From Methanotrichaceae archaeon (GTDB lineage Archaea; Halobacteriota; Methanosarcinia; Methanotrichales; Methanotrichaceae), in contig CAVWIG010000017.1 of NCBI GenBank assembly GCA_963754945.1, positions 96,001-160,000 of the forward strand: 64,000 nt of DNA, given 5' to 3'. Every line of letters begins with the position of its first letter. The first letter of the stretch is position 1. The translations under genes were made by a program, and so were the position numbers. The notes beneath the pieces are model-generated. The model searched no databases, had not been told where the DNA came from, and worked only from the letters and a program-made list of their open reading frames with translations. Positions 52,398 through 61,803 of this stretch are shown one piece after another.

Positions 52398-52850
52398 TTA
52401 GATCTTCTCCCTCATCATCTTGCCGAAGAAGCCGTTCACCACGGCTCCATCAGGTGCTGCAAGAACCTCGAGGCCGTTAAACTCCTCTGAGCCACACAGT
52501 ACGTCCTGCTCAGGGTGAGTTCCCGGCTGGATCTCACAGCTCATTTTAATCCTCTGTCCGATGGAGACAACGGACTTAAGCCTGGGGGAGGCAGGATGGT
52601 CTTTAGGGAGCACTATTAATGGTGAATTTAGCTCCCTTATCTGAAAAATAGTACACCTGAGCCCTCGCCTGATCCTTTCGCCAATGCCGAAGGCCGAAGC
52701 AACAATGAGATCCTGGTGCTCTGTGAACAGCACGACCTCTTCCACATCAGAGTCGAGATAAAAAAAGTTGCCTAGGGTCTTAGCCAAGGCTACTGTCCCG
52801 GTTTGACCGAGAAGATAGGCGATTTCGTCGTCTTTAAGTTGAACACGCAT
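52398..52850 (-). CDS. Hypothetical protein
   Basis: 150-aa ORF 3 nt downstream of the zinc-ribbon gene; HP.S..L and PGTHPEQD motifs. Confidence 0.7.
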   Translation of the reverse strand: MRVQLKDDEIAYLLGQTGTVALAKTLGNFFYLDSDVEEVVLFTEHQDLIVASAFGIGERIRRGLRCTIFQIRELNSPLIVLPKDHPASPRLKSVVSIGQRIKMSCEIQPGTHPEQDVLCGSEEFNGLEVLAAPDGAVVNGFFGKMMREKI

Positions 52851-52853
52851 GAT

Positions 52854-53006
52854 TTAAACAGACTTTACATTCCGGGATTTACAAGAAGGACACATCGCCT
52901 TCCTTCCCATGGCCTTGAACTTGTTCTTGCAGTCAAGGCACTCGAAATCTTTCGTGGCCAAGGACTCGATATTTCCGATATCAGGCCCACCACCAACTGT
53001 GCACAT
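52854..53006 (-). CDS. Small zinc-ribbon protein (50 aa; not in ORF track)
   Basis: MCTVGGGPDIGNIESLATKDFECLDCKNKFKAMGRKAMCPSCKSRNVKSV; GAGGTGA RBS. Confidence 0.8.
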   Translation of the reverse strand: MCTVGGGPDIGNIESLATKDFECLDCKNKFKAMGRKAMCPSCKSRNVKSV

Positions 53007-53200
53007 TCCGCCTTCACCTCTTTTCCTTTGTATGGTTTGTATGAATATTTAAATCAGGCGGCCCCCGGTCTCAATATCCTGGGCCCCAAAGGCAACCGTT
53101 TTAACATCTCATGATCGCTTGCCCGATGTACCAAGACAAATGGTGGAATGTGCCAATGTATCAAACTGCCGATGGTCAGTGCAGCTCGGGTTTTAAGCCG

Positions 53201-53812
53201 CTACGAACGATTCTCAATCTCTTTCAGAAAAGCCTCTATCTTTGCCTTAAACTCGTCGAGATCGCCATTGTTATCTATTCTCAGATCCGCCTCATTAAAG
53301 GCCTCGCACATCCCCCACCCCAGCTCACGGCACTCGCGCTTCCCCAGAGCCTCGGCGGTCTTTTGAAGGCGGTCTTCGCAGGATCGGACGATCTTTGAGC
53401 CCTGTGCAGTTCTATCCTCGGAGTTTGCGTCGTCGGATCTTCCGCGATTAGCTATGCGGCTAAGCCTGGCCTCCTCAGACGCAGACACCTCCACCAGCAT
53501 GAAATCATCCGAGTTTTCCCTGAAGAACTCGACTTCCTCCTTTGACCTAAGCCCGTCGATCACGACAAGATCTTTCCCGGACCTTCTGGCCAGCTCAAAG
53601 GTTCGTTTGGCTACGGCCTCTGGCCCTTCACGAGCCCTTAGAGCGTTGCCAACGTTGCCCAGGTTCTCATCCGTAAGCGGAAGGCCCATGCGTGCAGCCT
53701 CACAGCGGATGACATCCCCCATCACCACCACTTCCAACCCTGCGGTTCGAGCGACGTTTGAAGCCACGCTCTTCCCCGAGCCGGGCATGCCCACAAAGCC
53801 GATGATCTTCAA
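53201..53812 (-). CDS. UPF0200 P-loop kinase (dephospho-CoA kinase-like)
   Basis: GMPGSGKS, MGD.IR, IDGLRS, RGRSDD. Confidence 0.8.
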   Translation of the reverse strand: MKIIGFVGMPGSGKSVASNVARTAGLEVVVMGDVIRCEAARMGLPLTDENLGNVGNALRAREGPEAVAKRTFELARRSGKDLVVIDGLRSKEEVEFFRENSDDFMLVEVSASEEARLSRIANRGRSDDANSEDRTAQGSKIVRSCEDRLQKTAEALGKRECRELGWGMCEAFNEADLRIDNNGDLDEFKAKIEAFLKEIENRS

Positions 53813-54672
53813 TGTTCAGCCCTCTCGTTCCCCAGCATAGCTACACAAGGGTCTTTTGACTCGTCTATCTTCCCTTTGGGGATAGGTCTTATTTGCACGT
53901 CGATCAAGTCTTTCAAGGATTCGGCCATAAGTCTTAATCTATCCAAAGATACCGGTTCGAACTCTTTTTTCCTAGGTAAACCTTGCTGGAGCACCATTAG
54001 GTCTAGCTTGTTTCCTGGATTCTCTGATTTCAGCGCGTTGAGTGCCCTTGCAATTTCTACGACCTCAGGATCAGATGGCATCTCTGGGAATACTGTTGTA
54101 CGGATCTCCAGGTTGACTCCGGAGACGATGCAGGTTCTCAGGCTCTCTTGAACAAGAGGAGCTATGCCCTTCATGCCTGTAGCTTTTCCGTACTCGTGTT
54201 CACGAAGAACCGCCTTGACATCTAGAAAGACTTTGTCCACCAGATTTTCTCGAAGAATTTTCGATAGCTGGTCTGGGTAGCACCCGGATGTCTCCAGGCC
54301 GGTTTTCAGCCCCAAGTCCCTTGCAACGCGAAACATAGCTGCTGCTTGCTTTGGCTGCATCAAGGGCTCACCTCCTGAGATAACAAGAGCGTTCACGAAT
54401 GGCTTTGTTGTAACACGATCGCAGGCCTCATTCAGGTCGATCTGTCCTGAATTGTCGAAAAAGGTGCTTGTATTTTTCATCTCTCCCTTGACCTGGGATA
54501 CAATCTGGGACATGATCTCATGAAGCTCGACCATGTTCTCCCCTTCTTGAAGCTCGCGGTTCTGGCAGTGGGGGCATCTCAGGGGACAGCCCCGAAAGAA
54601 AACCACAGTAGTTGCCGATCCCGTCCAGTCCACGGTCGATAGGCTCACAACCCCGCCCAGATTAATTTGCAT
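53809..54672 (-). CDS. Anaerobic ribonucleotide reductase activase-like radical SAM protein
   Basis: STVDW, GCPLRCPHCQN, SGGEP, EIRTT. Confidence 0.85.
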   Translation of the reverse strand: MQINLGGVVSLSTVDWTGSATTVVFFRGCPLRCPHCQNRELQEGENMVELHEIMSQIVSQVKGEMKNTSTFFDNSGQIDLNEACDRVTTKPFVNALVISGGEPLMQPKQAAAMFRVARDLGLKTGLETSGCYPDQLSKILRENLVDKVFLDVKAVLREHEYGKATGMKGIAPLVQESLRTCIVSGVNLEIRTTVFPEMPSDPEVVEIARALNALKSENPGNKLDLMVLQQGLPRKKEFEPVSLDRLRLMAESLKDLIDVQIRPIPKGKIDESKDPCVAMLGNERAEH

Positions 54673-55996
54673 CGTGCATTTCCGACTTTTCTATTTCCAG
54701 CGCCACAGGTCTGCCCGCTATTCTATCCAGCATGGCCTTCAGCTCCGTCTCACTCCTTGAGACGAGTTCTTCCATAGTCGAGAGGGACTTCGTGTTCTGT
54801 TCCATGCTGGCCTTGGTCATCTCAATTTGCTTTGATGTTTGCTTTAGCGTCTCTTCCAGCCGGGTCATCTCCTGAGAGCTTTCAGAAAGCTTCTCCAATA
54901 GACCTTTTGAGATTTCTGAGATCTCAGAGTGTTCGGCCTTCAGCGTCTCCAGGGGTTTGTCCTTGATGAGCCTGTCCAGGTGTTCCACGATCTTCTCTCG
55001 CTTCTTGTCCTTGAGTCCAAGTAGGTCCACTTTCGACCTCAGCTCCAGCAACGTACCGGAAATGTCGCTGTCCATGACCTCCTGCGGCGACCTGATAAGA
55101 AGATCGAAGGCACTCCTGTTTCCGAGATCCAGCCGGTCACTCGAATCCTGCTTTACGAGCCTTGCCAGGGCTTTCGTTAGAGGAAAGACCAGATCAGCCA
55201 TCTCTGTCTCGATTTTGGTCAGCTCAATGAGCTTGATATCGAGGGATTCCTTCAGAGCCTTTGTTCTCCGCCCTTTTTCGCTTGACTCCAGCACTTCCAG
55301 ATCTGATTGGGCTTTTATCGCATAATCCTGGAGCTCAACCAGCTTCTTCTCCAAGTCCTGCAGCTTCTTCTTCAGTTCCCTGATCTGGCGAACCTTATCC
55401 GAAACTTCACATCCAAGCTTCTTGGAGGCGTTGATATCCAGTAGCTCACTCTGGCGTTTATCGACGGCCTCGTTCAGGTACACGAGCATATGGCTGGTTC
55501 TGTTCAAGTCGGATTTCAGCTTCTCGGCCTGGCCAGGAAAGAGGGCAGCAACATAGTTCTGAGCCCTGCCAAACTTGAGAACGGTGTTCCCCAGGCCTTT
55601 GACCATTCTGGAATGGTATTCCGCAGCAGAACTGACATCCATAGCCGAGGGCGGGGCTAGCTTCTCCATAAGGCCCTTCATCTGAACAATAAGAGCTTCT
55701 TTGGCGGCTAGGCTGGCGTTTAGAAGTCTGGGTGGAGCAGACTTTTCCGGAGCTGCGCATCTCAGTGCCTCTATATCCACGGCCAGATCCACTGCCACAG
55801 ATCCAATCTTGGCATAAATATCGTTGATCTTCTGTTCGAACTCTGGATTCTCTGCCCTCTGGTCTAGCCAGACTTCAAGATCGGATAGGGCTAGCCTCGA
55901 AGCCGGGTTGGCAGAATTGTCTCTCTTGAATATGTTGTTAAGCCATTTCAACTCGTCTTCACCCGATCTCTTCCATTGATTTTGCTCTTGCTCCAT
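54662..55996 (-). CDS. Coiled-coil hypothetical protein
   Basis: Long E/K/L-rich ORF overlapping the radical SAM gene start. Confidence 0.75.
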   Translation of the reverse strand: MEQEQNQWKRSGEDELKWLNNIFKRDNSANPASRLALSDLEVWLDQRAENPEFEQKINDIYAKIGSVAVDLAVDIEALRCAAPEKSAPPRLLNASLAAKEALIVQMKGLMEKLAPPSAMDVSSAAEYHSRMVKGLGNTVLKFGRAQNYVAALFPGQAEKLKSDLNRTSHMLVYLNEAVDKRQSELLDINASKKLGCEVSDKVRQIRELKKKLQDLEKKLVELQDYAIKAQSDLEVLESSEKGRRTKALKESLDIKLIELTKIETEMADLVFPLTKALARLVKQDSSDRLDLGNRSAFDLLIRSPQEVMDSDISGTLLELRSKVDLLGLKDKKREKIVEHLDRLIKDKPLETLKAEHSEISEISKGLLEKLSESSQEMTRLEETLKQTSKQIEMTKASMEQNTKSLSTMEELVSRSETELKAMLDRIAGRPVALEIEKSEMHDAN

Positions 55997-56180
55997 TCTA
56001 AGCTCGAACGACTTGCAGGAATTATTTATGAATTACCGAAATTGCCCTTGCTCATCCAATATCCGCCATTATATTCCAGATTTGTCATGATAATTTTAAC
56101 ATCTGATAAGATCCGTCTTAATCCCTCTACAGGGCCCCATTCTGCCAAGGATCCCTTTCGATCTCGCGCCAGAGGTACAA

Positions 56181-57353
56181 TCATACCCGCCAGATCTCCT
56201 GCGGCAAACTGGTCAGCCTCTCGGCCCCATTCGGAGTAGTCAAGTAGGTATCTTCTACTCCCAGTACGCCCCTGTCTGGATAGATCATCTTCGGCTCTAC
56301 GGCGATTGTCATATTGCTTTGAATGGCGTGATCAAGAGGACCAATGACAGGATACTCATCCAGCTCCAGGCCCACCCCGTGACCAACAAAGCCGCATTTA
56401 TTACCCGGTGGGCCGCCCAGGTAATCCTTGTAGCCGAGCTTCTCTCCAATCGCCTCGGATAGCTCGAACAACTCTTTTCCTGTCCTGCCCGGCCGGAGTT
56501 CTCTGGCTATAGCATTCTCGATCTCCAGTGCTGCACCGTAGGCGTCTTCCAGCTCTGAGTCAAGCTTGCCCAAGGAGAAGATCCTGGTGGCATCGGCGAT
56601 GTATCCGTTGTATATGCCCACAGTGTCCACAAAAATAGGCTCGTTCCGCTTGATCTTGTTGAACCCAGCTCCTTGAGGAAAGATTAGGGACGTTCCTTTC
56701 CCGCCTGTAGGCGAAGCCAGGAAACTTGGGAACGCTGCTTCAGAACCGCACATGACATGGCCCAGGGGGACGATGCTGTTGAACCTTCTGAAGCGCAAAG
56801 AACCCTGATGGCCCATAGACCTCATCACGGATTCGAGACGGCAGATCAGGTCTACTTCCTTCATTCCCTCTTCAATGTAATCTGGAACCGATGAGATCCC
56901 GGCATCCAGGATTCTGGCAGCCTCCCTGACCAGGCCAAGCTCGAATTCTGACTTTACGGATCTTATGTGTCTGATTCTTTCAGAAACGTCAACGAACTTG
57001 ACATCCTGCAGGACGCTGGCAATACGGAAATAAAAGCTGCAGGGAAGAACATCCATCTCCAGGCCGACGGTTGCACCCTCTGGTATTCCGAGGTCCGAAC
57101 TCAGGTTTCTCATATTCTTGAGCGGTCTGACGTTTAGAGGTGACTCCTGAATAGCTCGCTCTAGGCTCCTCCTCATCATCACAGCAGGTTCGCCACTCTT
57201 TGGTACATAGACAAGACCGTCCTGGGCTGTTCCTGAAAAGTAGCATACGTCCGCGGATTGAAATAGCAATGCTCCGTTGATATCGCCCATCTGGGACTGA
57301 AAGGCCTTTATCCTGTCATCTATCTCCGACTTCGGGGTAAGAACGTACTCCAT
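56181..57353 (-). CDS. Xaa-Pro peptidase (M24) family protein
   Basis: RSVKS..E, GYIADATR, GHGVGLE..E.P, VEPK, GVED. Confidence 0.9.
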   Translation of the reverse strand: MEYVLTPKSEIDDRIKAFQSQMGDINGALLFQSADVCYFSGTAQDGLVYVPKSGEPAVMMRRSLERAIQESPLNVRPLKNMRNLSSDLGIPEGATVGLEMDVLPCSFYFRIASVLQDVKFVDVSERIRHIRSVKSEFELGLVREAARILDAGISSVPDYIEEGMKEVDLICRLESVMRSMGHQGSLRFRRFNSIVPLGHVMCGSEAAFPSFLASPTGGKGTSLIFPQGAGFNKIKRNEPIFVDTVGIYNGYIADATRIFSLGKLDSELEDAYGAALEIENAIARELRPGRTGKELFELSEAIGEKLGYKDYLGGPPGNKCGFVGHGVGLELDEYPVIGPLDHAIQSNMTIAVEPKMIYPDRGVLGVEDTYLTTPNGAERLTSLPQEIWRV

Positions 57354-57541
57354 TCGATCTGCCTCTGCTATTCATCCTCACTTTTGGAACGAATCCCTTG
57401 ATACAATGCTCAACTATTTAGAGGTCTTCCCAAAAAGACACGATTAAGAACTCGTTGTCGATATAGTCGCAGGAGTCGAAAGGCATCGAGAATAAAGTCT
57501 AAATTATTTGCATCATAACCACATTTCAAGAGGCGAAGCTT

Positions 57542-58057
57542 ATGCTCGACATATTAAGGAAAAGGCGCAGTATCCGAAAGTACGAAGATAAAAAGATCGA
57601 ACCGGAGACCATCGAACTCTTAAAGGAAGCAGTACTACGCGCTCCAACTTCGCGTGGCATCAAGCCCTGGCGATTCGTGTTTGTTACCGACAAAGCCTTG
57701 CTGGAAGAGCTGTCCAAAGCCAAAAAGAGCGGTTCTGGTTTCTTAAAGGGCGCGAGCTTAGGCGTTGTGGTGTGCGCCTATGAGAACGAATCTGACGTCT
57801 GGATCGAGGATTGTTCCATCGCCTCCATAATCCTGCAGCTTGCTGGCCTTAGCCATGGACTAGGATCCTGCTGGATTCAGATCAGGAACAGGATGTACAG
57901 CAGTGACATGTCTTCGGAAGAGTACATAAGGAGCATTATGGATTTATCGAAGAACATGCAAGTGGAATCGATGATATCGTTCGGTTACCCAGATGAGGTG
58001 AAATCGCCCGTGCTCAAAGAACAGCTTGATTACCACAAAATAATTTCAATGGATTGA
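57542..58057 (+). CDS. Nitroreductase-family protein
   Basis: RRSIRKY, APTS....PW.F, GLGSCW, FGYP. Confidence 0.9.
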   Translation: MLDILRKRRSIRKYEDKKIEPETIELLKEAVLRAPTSRGIKPWRFVFVTDKALLEELSKAKKSGSGFLKGASLGVVVCAYENESDVWIEDCSIASIILQLAGLSHGLGSCWIQIRNRMYSSDMSSEEYIRSIMDLSKNMQVESMISFGYPDEVKSPVLKEQLDYHKIISMD

Positions 58058-58183
58058 AAGTAGCTGTTGGCAGAACAATTAGGAAGCAAGCGCAGAATGG
58101 CGAGTAGATTCTCGGTCAAAAGATATTCAAGGTTGGCTTTCATAGATCAGACAAATCAGGGAATTCGACATTAGGAGTTTGAC

Positions 58184-59221
58184 ATGACAGCTTCGAGGAA
58201 CCAACAAGCAGAGACAGTCGGAATTGCTTCCATCGGCTACTACATTCCACCTGACACCATCACCAGCGAAGAGATGTCGAGACTCTCGGGCATTCCCCTC
58301 CAGGTCTTCATAGACAAGATAGGAATGGAGCAAAAGCACATTGCATCGGATGACGAGCAGCCGTCAGAGATGGGAATTCGCGCGACCAAGGAGGCAATTA
58401 GGAAGGCCGGCATCGACTCCAACGAGATTGATATAATAGCCTATTGCGGAGCAGGTTTTTACGACTACAGGATCTGGTCTCCAGCGGCTAGGATTCAGGA
58501 TGCCATCGGTGCTAACGACTGCTATGCTTTTGAGGTCAAGAACGGCTGCAATGGAGGAAACCTTGGGGTTAATATCTGCAAAAATCTTCTTTTAGGCGAC
58601 CCCGGCAAGAAATATGCCCTGGTGGTCTGCGCCGAGAAGCTTTCCAAGTCCATCGATTATACCAATTCCGACTCTCTTTCCCTATTCATGGCCGCAGATG
58701 GGGCCGCAGCAGCAGTCCTTAAGAAAGGAGAGGCCGCCAACAGATTGCTCTCCTACGCTTCTATGACAGACGGTTCAACCGTCGACTGTGTCAAGGTTCC
58801 CCTTGGAGGAACGAAGTTCCCCTACAATCCTACCAGTTTCGATAGCAAGCATAACTACATTTGTGTGGACGATCCCGAAGGCCTGGATCGCATTTTGTCT
58901 CAGACGTATTTGAATAACTATGTGAAGGTAATATCAAGGGCAGTTGAAAATAGCGGCTATTCCCTGGAAGACATCGATTTCCTATTCACCAATCAAGTGA
59001 AGAAGAGCCTACTTAAGGACATCCTTCAATCTGTAGGACTAAAAAAAGACAAAACTATGATCTCCATAAGGGAGTACGGACACATGGGTACCGTCGATAC
59101 ACTATTCAATCTCTCCAGAGCGATTGATTCCGGAAATCTTGGGCAAGGCTGCCTTGCAGTTCTGGCCAGCAGCGGTGCCGGGTTTACCTGGGCTGCTATG
59201 GCTATAGAATTCTGGCACTAG
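58184..59221 (+). CDS. 3-oxoacyl-ACP synthase III-like condensing enzyme
   Basis: NGCNGG active-site Cys, DGAAA, YGHMG..D, G.GFTW. Confidence 0.82.
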   Translation: MTASRNQQAETVGIASIGYYIPPDTITSEEMSRLSGIPLQVFIDKIGMEQKHIASDDEQPSEMGIRATKEAIRKAGIDSNEIDIIAYCGAGFYDYRIWSPAARIQDAIGANDCYAFEVKNGCNGGNLGVNICKNLLLGDPGKKYALVVCAEKLSKSIDYTNSDSLSLFMAADGAAAAVLKKGEAANRLLSYASMTDGSTVDCVKVPLGGTKFPYNPTSFDSKHNYICVDDPEGLDRILSQTYLNNYVKVISRAVENSGYSLEDIDFLFTNQVKKSLLKDILQSVGLKKDKTMISIREYGHMGTVDTLFNLSRAIDSGNLGQGCLAVLASSGAGFTWAAMAIEFWH

Positions 59222-59848
59222 GCGCTTACTTAAGTATTTAGGGTCTCTCAAGCTCTTGATGCTCTAGAGATATCAAGACCCGGATCGAGTTGCTGTCGCG
59301 TTGCCCTTTCCGGTCATCACATCCGAATTGTACAACTCATAGCTCCCATTGAGTGTACCTTTAATCATGAATAGTCTCAGAACATATTTTTCAATCGATT
59401 TACTGGCTACGGCACCAAACCCCAGCTTGAGATCCATATCGAGAGTATCATTAGAAAGAAACCCTGTTCCAGTTATTGGAATCGCCAAGTCGTTCCCTTT
59501 TAGGTTGCCGTAGCCCTGAACCCGATCTTTGCCATCTTCTGCAGAATCCGTTGATTGGACAAGGATGAGATCTATAGAGGTATTAGCGGCACTGTTGAGC
59601 TTGACGTACCATTTACCGGATAAGTCCGGATTTGGCGTGGCATTTGAACGGTTTGCGCCACTTTGGGTTTTCACATCGGTTACAACAGCGCTACCCTGTG
59701 TCGCCGTGAGATTGGGCGCATCCGTAGCGGGATCGTTCACGTCCATGAGCGGGTCCTTGAGATAGTCTGTGTTGTCTCTGACAACCCACCTTCCACAGCC
59801 CGCTGATGCATTAAAGCAGAGAACTCCTACCACAAAAGCAGCAAGAAT

Positions 59849-60837
59849 TGCTGTGTCGCATGATTATTATAGTATTATTTCGTTATTCAAGAATTCATAA
59901 TTTATTTTAACTAATTACTTATATGCTCCTAAGTATATTATACAAAATGAATGCTCTTTTAATCTCGGCGACCATTCCTTCGGGTGAAGATGCCCGAACC
60001 GTCTCACCAAAGATACGCTTGATCGATGAGAAGAAGCCTTCAACTGCCCACCTTCTACCGTACTGATGCATTTGCTTCCAACCCTTGTAGCCCATTTTTT
60101 TGAATTCCAGAACAGCTGTTGACCTGGCTGATGCATCTTTACCTACTATCGCGTTCTCTCTGATCTTAATCCCTGGACAATCTACACCTTTCGATTTCAT
60201 AAATTCAAATGCGTCGTTTGTGTCATATGCGCCATCCATCAACCCCTCCTCAATATTGACGTCTTTCAACAAAGGGCGCAAAACCTCGCTATCCGAGGTG
60301 TCTTCTTCTGTAATTTCCATAGACAATAATCTCTTTGATTCAACGTCGACTGCCACATGAACTTTAAGCCATCCTCGCCGCTGCTTTCCGTGTTTCTCGC
60401 GCATCCAATCCCCTCTATTTGTTACCTTTATCCCAGTTGAATCAACTGCAACAACAGCGTCGTTCTCTGGTATCTCTATTCCAAGATCTTGCTTAGAGAT
60501 TCGCTTATGGAGGGTGGTATAATCTGCCGCCACCAATCCTGGTTCATAGGTCGAAAGTCGTCCAAAGAATCCTTCAAGTTGACGATATGGCATTCGAAAA
60601 AAAGAGTATATTATTGATGCAAAAGTTATAAAAGTGTTAGGGTATTTGTATGGAGCGCCTGTTTTCTTTCTATTCATTTCTCTTAATTCCCAACTCCAGT
60701 TCTTCACACAACTCAAATCGAGATAGAATTCGCCTCTTCGAACAAGTTGGGCATTATATTCTGGCCAGTCTCTATTATCAACATAGTTCATGATATAATA
60801 TTTATATTTAAACTATTTAAGCTTAATCGACACAGCA
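59849..60837 (-). mobile_element. IS5-family (IS903-like) element (989 bp)
   Basis: TIRs TGCTGTGTCG / CGACACAGCA; 8-bp duplication GCAAGAAT (59841-59848, 60838-60845). Confidence 0.92.
59919..60791 (-). CDS. IS903-like DDE transposase
   Basis: WPEYN..LVRRG, VDSTGIK...G.W, W.K.H.AVD, DGAYD, Y..R..VE..FS..K. Confidence 0.9.
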   Translation of the reverse strand: MNYVDNRDWPEYNAQLVRRGEFYLDLSCVKNWSWELREMNRKKTGAPYKYPNTFITFASIIYSFFRMPYRQLEGFFGRLSTYEPGLVAADYTTLHKRISKQDLGIEIPENDAVVAVDSTGIKVTNRGDWMREKHGKQRRGWLKVHVAVDVESKRLLSMEITEEDTSDSEVLRPLLKDVNIEEGLMDGAYDTNDAFEFMKSKGVDCPGIKIRENAIVGKDASARSTAVLEFKKMGYKGWKQMHQYGRRWAVEGFFSSIKRIFGETVRASSPEGMVAEIKRAFILYNILRSI

Positions 60838-60938
60838 GCAAGAATCGCAGCTTTGTAACTCATCCTTTCTTCCATGGGACTATTCCTTAATTCTTAATTT
60901 TCTAAAATAAGGATGGTCTAATTTGGCCAAACCTAATC

Positions 60939-61667
60939 CTACTGCCTTACTACGGTAGCGTTTCCCTTACCCAAGAACTTCCCCCCAGACTTCAGTACAT
61001 AAGTTCCAGATAAGGCATTGTTTGACATAAAGAGGTCGAGGTCGTATTCTCTGTCTATCTGGTTGACATACTTTCCCACTACGGTTTTTGTGCTCAATGT
61101 GACCTCCTGATCGGCTATGGCTCCGCTGGCGATCACAGGTATCTTTATGCCATCTTCTACAAGAGTTCCTGTACCCATGGCTCTGTCTGAGCCTGCTGAT
61201 AATAGGATCAGGTCTAGCGATTTGCCAGTGCTGTCATTGAATTTGACCGACCACTTGCCGCTCAAGTCTATTGGTTTGGCCTCGGTTTGAGGCTGACTGG
61301 AGCTTTGGTTACCGGTTTGATTAAGGGTCTGATTGGAATTGTTGTTTGGATTGACCAGTGGTTTGGGGCCGGGGTCTGGCATGTTCATGTTAGGACCAGT
61401 GGATACAGGCTTGATAGGTCCCCTTTCATCCGGCGCCACTCTCGGTTTCGCTGTTGGGGTCTTGATTGGAACCGCCAGATCGGAAGATGGCTTCACTAAA
61501 GAGCCCAGCTCGTGAGCTGAGACGCTGAAGTCCGGATCGTTCCCTACCGCATCGTTTCCCAGCCAGTTAGTGCCGCAGTCCTTCGAGGCACCAAGCTGAA
61601 CGGATAAAAATGAAAGTAATAAACCTAAGAAGAGTATGCTCAACGATCTCATTCTACTAACCACCAC
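60939..61667 (-). CDS. Secreted beta-rich hypothetical protein
   Basis: Signal peptide, CG.NW, Pro/Asn-rich linker, DLSGKW...G.Y...GKGNAT domain shared with its neighbour. Confidence 0.75.
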   Translation of the reverse strand: MVVSRMRSLSILFLGLLLSFLSVQLGASKDCGTNWLGNDAVGNDPDFSVSAHELGSLVKPSSDLAVPIKTPTAKPRVAPDERGPIKPVSTGPNMNMPDPGPKPLVNPNNNSNQTLNQTGNQSSSQPQTEAKPIDLSGKWSVKFNDSTGKSLDLILLSAGSDRAMGTGTLVEDGIKIPVIASGAIADQEVTLSTKTVVGKYVNQIDREYDLDLFMSNNALSGTYVLKSGGKFLGKGNATVVRQ

Positions 61668-61803
61668 CTGCGAATAGTTATTGGCTAACAGCTTTAAAGA
61701 TTGCCCTAAATCCTTGGTTCAAAACCGGGCGGAAAACATACAGCAATCTTCTGGCTCATCAAACACACTTGGTTCCTCGTTGATGTAAATTATCGTTTGC
61801 GAT

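Larger units (their letters stand above)
59273..60875 (-). pseudogene. Secreted beta-rich protein, signal peptide split by an IS903-like element
   Basis: Removing the IS and one target copy gives MSYKAAILAAFVVGVLCFNASAGCGRW in frame; paralog of 60939-61667. Confidence 0.8.
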
